In this document: positions 59,582 through 64,000 of the stretch, piece after piece
Position numbering within the stretch: position 1 is the first letter of the stretch
Layout: every line of letters begins with the position of its first letter
Assembly (NCBI GenBank): GCA_016715195.1
Contig: JADKBB010000005.1
Location: forward strand, 30,053-94,052
DNA: 64,000 nt
Reading direction: 5' to 3'
Source of the DNA: Candidatus Villigracilis proximus
GTDB taxonomy: Bacteria; Chloroflexota; Anaerolineae; Anaerolineales; Villigracilaceae
Program-made: the position numbers and the translations under genes
Notes under the pieces: model-generated
Database searches by the model: none
Seen by the model: the letters and a program-made list of their open reading frames with translations, nothing else
Told to the model about the DNA's origin: nothing

Positions 59582-61030
59582 ATGAAGTTTGAAATGGAAG
59601 ATGATTCGCCAAAAGAAGAATGTGGTGTGATCGGGGTGTTTGCTCCTGATGAAGATGTGGCACGCATGACTTTTTTTGGGTTGTACGCGCTGCAACATCG
59701 CGGACAGGAAGCCGCAGGGATGGCCGTTGCAGATGGACGCGCGATGTCCATACACAAAGGTGTCGGGCTGGTATCGCAGGTATTTACATCGTCGGTGATG
59801 GATAAGTTGAGCGGGCATTATGCAATTGGGCATACGCGTTATTCAACAACGGGCTCGTCATCGGAACGCAATGCGCAGCCGTTTATGATCGAGACCATGC
59901 ATGGTCCGCTGGCGTTGGCGCATAATGGCAATTTGGTGAACTCGGCTGAGTTGCGCGAAGAGTTGATGCAGCAGGGCGTTGGGCTTTCGTCGTCATCTGA
60001 TACCGAAGTGATGACGATGATGTTGGCGCGTAATGGCGGCAGAACCTGGGAGGAGCGGATTAAGTATGCGATGAAAAAATGGGTCGGTGCGTATTCGCTG
60101 GTGATTTTGACTCGTGATAGTGTTTATGCGGTGCGCGACCCGTGGGGATTTCGTCCGCTGTGTATTGGGTTGCTCCCGAGCGGCGGACATGCGGTGGCTT
60201 CTGAAACAGGCGCTTTGCAAACACTAGGCTGTGAAGCTATTCGTGATGTGAAACCCGGTGAGATCGTGGAGCTTTCAGATAATGCGCTAAAAGTAATGCA
60301 GGCTTTGCCGTCAGTGAAGCCTTCGGCGATGTGTGTCTTTGAGCATATTTATTTTGCGCGTCCTGATCAGGTGTGGGATGGGATCGGTGTGCATACTGTG
60401 CGGCAACGATTGGGGGAGGAGTTGGCGCGGGAGGTGCTCAACGGATCGCTGCACGAATCGGATGAATTAATGGCGGATGTGGTGATTCCTGTGCCTGATT
60501 CTTCGGTGCCTGCGGCGATTGGATTTTCGCATGTGAGTGGGATTCCGTATAACGATGGCTTTATTAAGAATCGTTATGTCGGGCGGACTTTTATTGAGCC
60601 GACTGATTCATTGCGCAAACGCGGTGTGGCGTTGAAGTTCAATGTGATTAATGAAAATGTGCGCGATAAACGTGTGATCATGGTCGACGATAGTATTGTG
60701 CGCGGGAATACAACTGGACCGTTGATCAAGCTGCTGCGTAGTGCCGGCGCGAAGGAAGTACATGTTGCGATTACTTGTCCGCCGATTGCACATCCGTGTT
60801 TTATGGGTGTAGATATGGGCAAGCATGATAATTTGATCGCTCATAAAAGAACGGTCGAGGATATCCGCCAATTTGTTGATGCAGATAGTTTGTATTATTT
60901 GTCGTTGGATGGCATGATGCGCGCGGTGGGACGCAAGGATGGATTTTGTCAGGCTTGCTTTACGGGGCAGTATCCGATACAGGTGGATGTTGATACAGTG
61001 AAGACCGGGTTTGAGAGAAGTTTGAAATAG
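59582..61030 (+). CDS. purF: Amidophosphoribosyltransferase
   Basis: Propeptide EECG, QHRGQE, GHTRYST, VDDSIVRG, CQAC. Confidence 0.96.
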   Translation: MKFEMEDDSPKEECGVIGVFAPDEDVARMTFFGLYALQHRGQEAAGMAVADGRAMSIHKGVGLVSQVFTSSVMDKLSGHYAIGHTRYSTTGSSSERNAQPFMIETMHGPLALAHNGNLVNSAELREELMQQGVGLSSSSDTEVMTMMLARNGGRTWEERIKYAMKKWVGAYSLVILTRDSVYAVRDPWGFRPLCIGLLPSGGHAVASETGALQTLGCEAIRDVKPGEIVELSDNALKVMQALPSVKPSAMCVFEHIYFARPDQVWDGIGVHTVRQRLGEELAREVLNGSLHESDELMADVVIPVPDSSVPAAIGFSHVSGIPYNDGFIKNRYVGRTFIEPTDSLRKRGVALKFNVINENVRDKRVIMVDDSIVRGNTTGPLIKLLRSAGAKEVHVAITCPPIAHPCFMGVDMGKHDNLIAHKRTVEDIRQFVDADSLYYLSLDGMMRAVGRKDGFCQACFTGQYPIQVDVDTVKTGFERSLK

Positions 61031-61100
61031 GGCAGTGAACGGATTACTCAACGGATATTAATCGGATGAACGGATAAGAGCAATGGATATGGGAAAGCAT

Positions 61101-63344
61101 ATGAATGTATTGATCATTGGTTCGGGCGGGCGGGAACATGCGATGGCGTGGAAGGTGGCGCAGTCGCCGCGATTGACGAAGTTGTATATTGCGCCCGGTA
61201 ATGCCGGGACAGGCGATTGCGGTGAAAATGTTTTGCTGGATGTGACGAGTCATGTGGAGGTTGTCCGCTTTTGCAGGGAGAAGCAGATCGATCTGGTGCT
61301 GATCGGGCCTGAGATTCCACTGGCAGACGGGTTGGCAGATTCACTGTCAGCGGAACGAATCCGCTGTTTTGGGCCGAGTCAGGCTGCGGCGCAGATAGAA
61401 GCGTCGAAGTCATTTGCAAAGGATTTCATGGCGCGGCATCATATCCCAACGGCGCGTTATGCCACGTTCGATAAAGTCCGCGATGTGATTGATTATCTTG
61501 AGAGCGTGGATTATCCGGTTGTGATTAAGGCTTCCGGTTTGGCAGCCGGAAAGGGTGTGATTTTGCCTGAGACACTGGATGAGGCCAAGGCTGTTGTTGA
61601 ATCAATTTTGGTTGACAAAACATTTGGCGAGGCGGGAAGCGAAGTGATCATTGAAGAACGCCTGAGTGGACAGGAAGTATCGTTGATGGCGTTCACGGAC
61701 GGCGAGACGATTATCCCGATGCTGCCTGCCCAGGATCATAAACGTTTGCTGGATGGTGATAATGGACCTAATACTGGCGGCATGGGCGCGTATGCTCCCG
61801 CTCCCATATTCACTGCAGATTTGATGCACGAAGCTGTTGAATCCATTTTGAAGCCTGCGGTTGACGGATTGCGAAATGAAAACATTCCTTTTGTCGGTGT
61901 GTTATATGCAGGGTTGATGCTCACCCAAAACGGCATTTATGCGCTGGAGTTTAACTGCCGCTTTGGCGACCCCGAGACTCAAGCTGTGCTCCCATTGCTT
62001 GAAACAGATTTGCTTGATATCGCCGACGCCTGTGTGGACGGAAAACTAAAGGATGCAAATATCCGCTGGAAGGATGGGGCCGCGGTGTGTTTGGTGCTGG
62101 CGAGCAAGGGCTATCCTGACAAAGTGGAGAGCGGCAAGATCGTAAAGTTTGAAGCATTATCGGCAAATTCAGTTTGTTTTCATGCAGGTACGAAATTTAA
62201 TAGTGATGAAGTTATTACTTCAGGTGGAAGGGTCTTTGGGCTAACCTTTTGGGCTCGTGATATTAATTCTGCTGTGAAGCAGGTCTATGCAAATGTGGGT
62301 AAGGTTTCTTTTGATGGGATGCAGTTTCGTAAAGATATTGCGTATCGTGCTTTGAAAAAATCATCTTATGCAGATTCAGGTGTCTCCATCGACGCGGGCA
62401 ATCATGCAGTTGACTTAATGAAAGACGCGGTCAAATCCACATACACACCATCCGTTCTTTCCGGTCTCGGCTCCTTTGGCGGACTTTATGATGTCTCTGC
62501 ATTAAAAGAATTTGATAAACCCGTGCTTGTTGCATCCACTGATGGCGTTGGTACAAAAGTAAAATTGGCCGCTTACGCTGGGCGTTATCGCGGCATTGGT
62601 CACGACATCGTCAACCACTGTATCAATGATATTCTTGTGCAGGGCGCACGTCCGCTTTTCTTTATGGATTACTTCGCCACCTCAAAGCTTGACCCAGAAA
62701 TTACCGCAGAAGTGGTGACTGGCATGGCTGAGGCTTGTAAAGAATCTGGCGTGGCGTTGCTCGGCGGCGAGACTGCCGAGATGCCGGGCGTTTATCAGCC
62801 AAACGAATTTGACGTCGCCGGAACAATTGTCGGCGTGGTAGAGCGCGATGCGATTCTGCCGCGTAATAATTTACAGGTCAGTGATGTGCTGATTGGCCTC
62901 GTGTCTTCAGGTCCGCATACGAATGGCTATTCACTCATCCGCAAAGTTTTTGCCGATACACAACTTGACCCCGCCCTCGCTGATGCATTGCTTGCTCCGC
63001 ATCGTTCTTATTATTCCGCGCTCCAGCCTGTACTCGCGCATGTAAAAGCTCTTGCGCATATTACCGGAGGAGGATTCATCGAGAACATTCCGCGCGTCTT
63101 GACAGAGAATCTTGACGCACAGATTTACCTCACCTCATGGACGCCTCCAACTATCTGGAAACTGATTCAGTCCGAAGGGCATATCGCCACCGACGAAATG
63201 TACCGCGTCTTCAACATGGGCATTGGCATGATTATCATTGCCGATAAATCTGAAGTCGTCAAAATCCAAAACCTCATCCCCGAACAAACCTTTATCATTG
63301 GCGAACTTGTTAATGGTGAAAAGAAAGTCCGCCTGATTCCCTAA
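61101..63344 (+). CDS. purD: Fused GAR synthetase and AIR synthetase (PurD-PurM)
   Basis: GSGGREH, KASGLAAGKGV, PNTGGMG, FNCRFGDPE, then in the same frame Y..SGVSID.G, STDGVGTK, GGETAEMP, HTNGYS, HITGGG. Confidence 0.93.
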   Translation: MNVLIIGSGGREHAMAWKVAQSPRLTKLYIAPGNAGTGDCGENVLLDVTSHVEVVRFCREKQIDLVLIGPEIPLADGLADSLSAERIRCFGPSQAAAQIEASKSFAKDFMARHHIPTARYATFDKVRDVIDYLESVDYPVVIKASGLAAGKGVILPETLDEAKAVVESILVDKTFGEAGSEVIIEERLSGQEVSLMAFTDGETIIPMLPAQDHKRLLDGDNGPNTGGMGAYAPAPIFTADLMHEAVESILKPAVDGLRNENIPFVGVLYAGLMLTQNGIYALEFNCRFGDPETQAVLPLLETDLLDIADACVDGKLKDANIRWKDGAAVCLVLASKGYPDKVESGKIVKFEALSANSVCFHAGTKFNSDEVITSGGRVFGLTFWARDINSAVKQVYANVGKVSFDGMQFRKDIAYRALKKSSYADSGVSIDAGNHAVDLMKDAVKSTYTPSVLSGLGSFGGLYDVSALKEFDKPVLVASTDGVGTKVKLAAYAGRYRGIGHDIVNHCINDILVQGARPLFFMDYFATSKLDPEITAEVVTGMAEACKESGVALLGGETAEMPGVYQPNEFDVAGTIVGVVERDAILPRNNLQVSDVLIGLVSSGPHTNGYSLIRKVFADTQLDPALADALLAPHRSYYSALQPVLAHVKALAHITGGGFIENIPRVLTENLDAQIYLTSWTPPTIWKLIQSEGHIATDEMYRVFNMGIGMIIIADKSEVVKIQNLIPEQTFIIGELVNGEKKVRLIP

Positions 63345-63407
63345 TCAATCCGTTATCCGCTTTGCTAAAGGCGATCCGTTACATAATCTGATCAAAGGAA
63401 ATTATCC

Positions 63408-64000
63408 ATGCCATCTTCTCTTCCTCTCCGTTATGGGGCCAATCCCCAGCAAGCGCCTGCCCGTGTCTTCATGAAATCTGATGTTGACTTGCCCATCACA
63501 GTCCTTAGCGGCTCGCCCGGTTATATTAATCTGCTGGATGCGTTGAATTCATGGCAGCTTGTCCGCGAGTTGAAATCGGCAATTGATCTGCCAGCGGCGG
63601 CTTCTTTCAAGCATGTCAGTCCGTCAGGGGCGGCTGTGGCGATGCCGCTTTCAGATGTGCTTAAGAAAATCTACTTTGTAGATGACATTGAACTTTCACC
63701 GCTTGCCACCGCTTATGCCCGCGCCCGTGGCGTGGACCGTATGTCCTCCTTCGGCGATTGGATCGCACTCTCAGAGCCCGTGGACGTTCCCACCGCCAAA
63801 CTCATCAGCCGTGAAGTTTCAGACGGTGTCATTGCGCCCGCTTATGAACCCGAAGCGCTTGAAATTCTCAAAAAGAAGAAGCAGGGAAAATATGCAGTTG
63901 TCCAAATTGACCCGGTTTACGAACCATCCGATTTGGAAACGCGCGATGTCTTTGGCATTACTTTTGAACAACATCGCCATGATCGCCTCGTCACACCCGC
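63408..64000 (+). CDS. purH: AICAR formyltransferase, short PurH form lacking the N-terminal IMP cyclohydrolase domain (partial)
   Basis: Starts [15 protein letters not shown], then [38 protein letters not shown]. Confidence 0.9.
   Translation, partial: MPSSLPLRYGANPQQAPARVFMKSDVDLPITVLSGSPGYINLLDALNSWQLVRELKSAIDLPAAASFKHVSPSGAAVAMPLSDVLKKIYFVDDIELSPLATAYARARGVDRMSSFGDWIALSEPVDVPTAKLISREVSDGVIAPAYEPEALEILKKKKQGKYAVVQIDPVYEPSDLETRDVFGITFEQHRHDRLVTP

Noticed and set aside
2138-62166. Many antisense or overlapping ORFs in the track (e.g. 2138-2638, 17592-18278, 25075-25719, 55533-56291)
   Set aside because: They are shadows of well-supported genes on the other strand or frame and have no recognisable motifs.

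Overview
About 64 kb of chromosome from a moderate-GC bacterium. Gene content and style suggest Chloroflexota/Anaerolineales (inference). The consensus appears error-prone, with more than 15 single-base frameshifts (one in the essential hisS) and two apparent short deletions, so broken ORFs are treated as probable sequencing artefacts. Housekeeping content: two acyl-CoA dehydrogenases, comEA, two cyclophilins, the suf Fe-S cluster with divergent sufR, hisS and tRNA-His, glgA-malQ, sodA, and a pur operon (purS-purL fusion, purQ, purC, class II-type purE, purF, purD-purM fusion, short purH). The main find is a minus-strand anaerobic respiratory locus at 16.9-26.7 kb: arsR, triheme cytochrome c, yeeE, a second yeeE, PsrA/PhsA-like molybdoenzyme, HybA-like Fe-S protein, NrfD/HybB-like anchor, cytochrome b, ~9-heme cytochrome c and a Rieske protein. 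The second YeeE has an in-frame TGA exactly at the family's conserved Cys (G-F-U-P-G-T-C), followed by a bacterial SECIS-like hairpin, so it is a probable selenocysteine-containing sulfur/selenium transporter that the ORF track truncates. Other notable items: an FGGY kinase plus sphingosine-1-phosphate-lyase pair; a 3.66-kb phosphatase cassette bounded by a 27-bp direct repeat between the sufR and sufC promoters; a Lys-rich Tudor/Agenet-like protein inside the suf cluster; a membrane-anchored STAND ATPase with an amyloid-like N-terminus; an orphan Nmad2 gene; a Crp/Fnr operon with an unusual palindrome centred at -41.5; and several families of miniature repeats.
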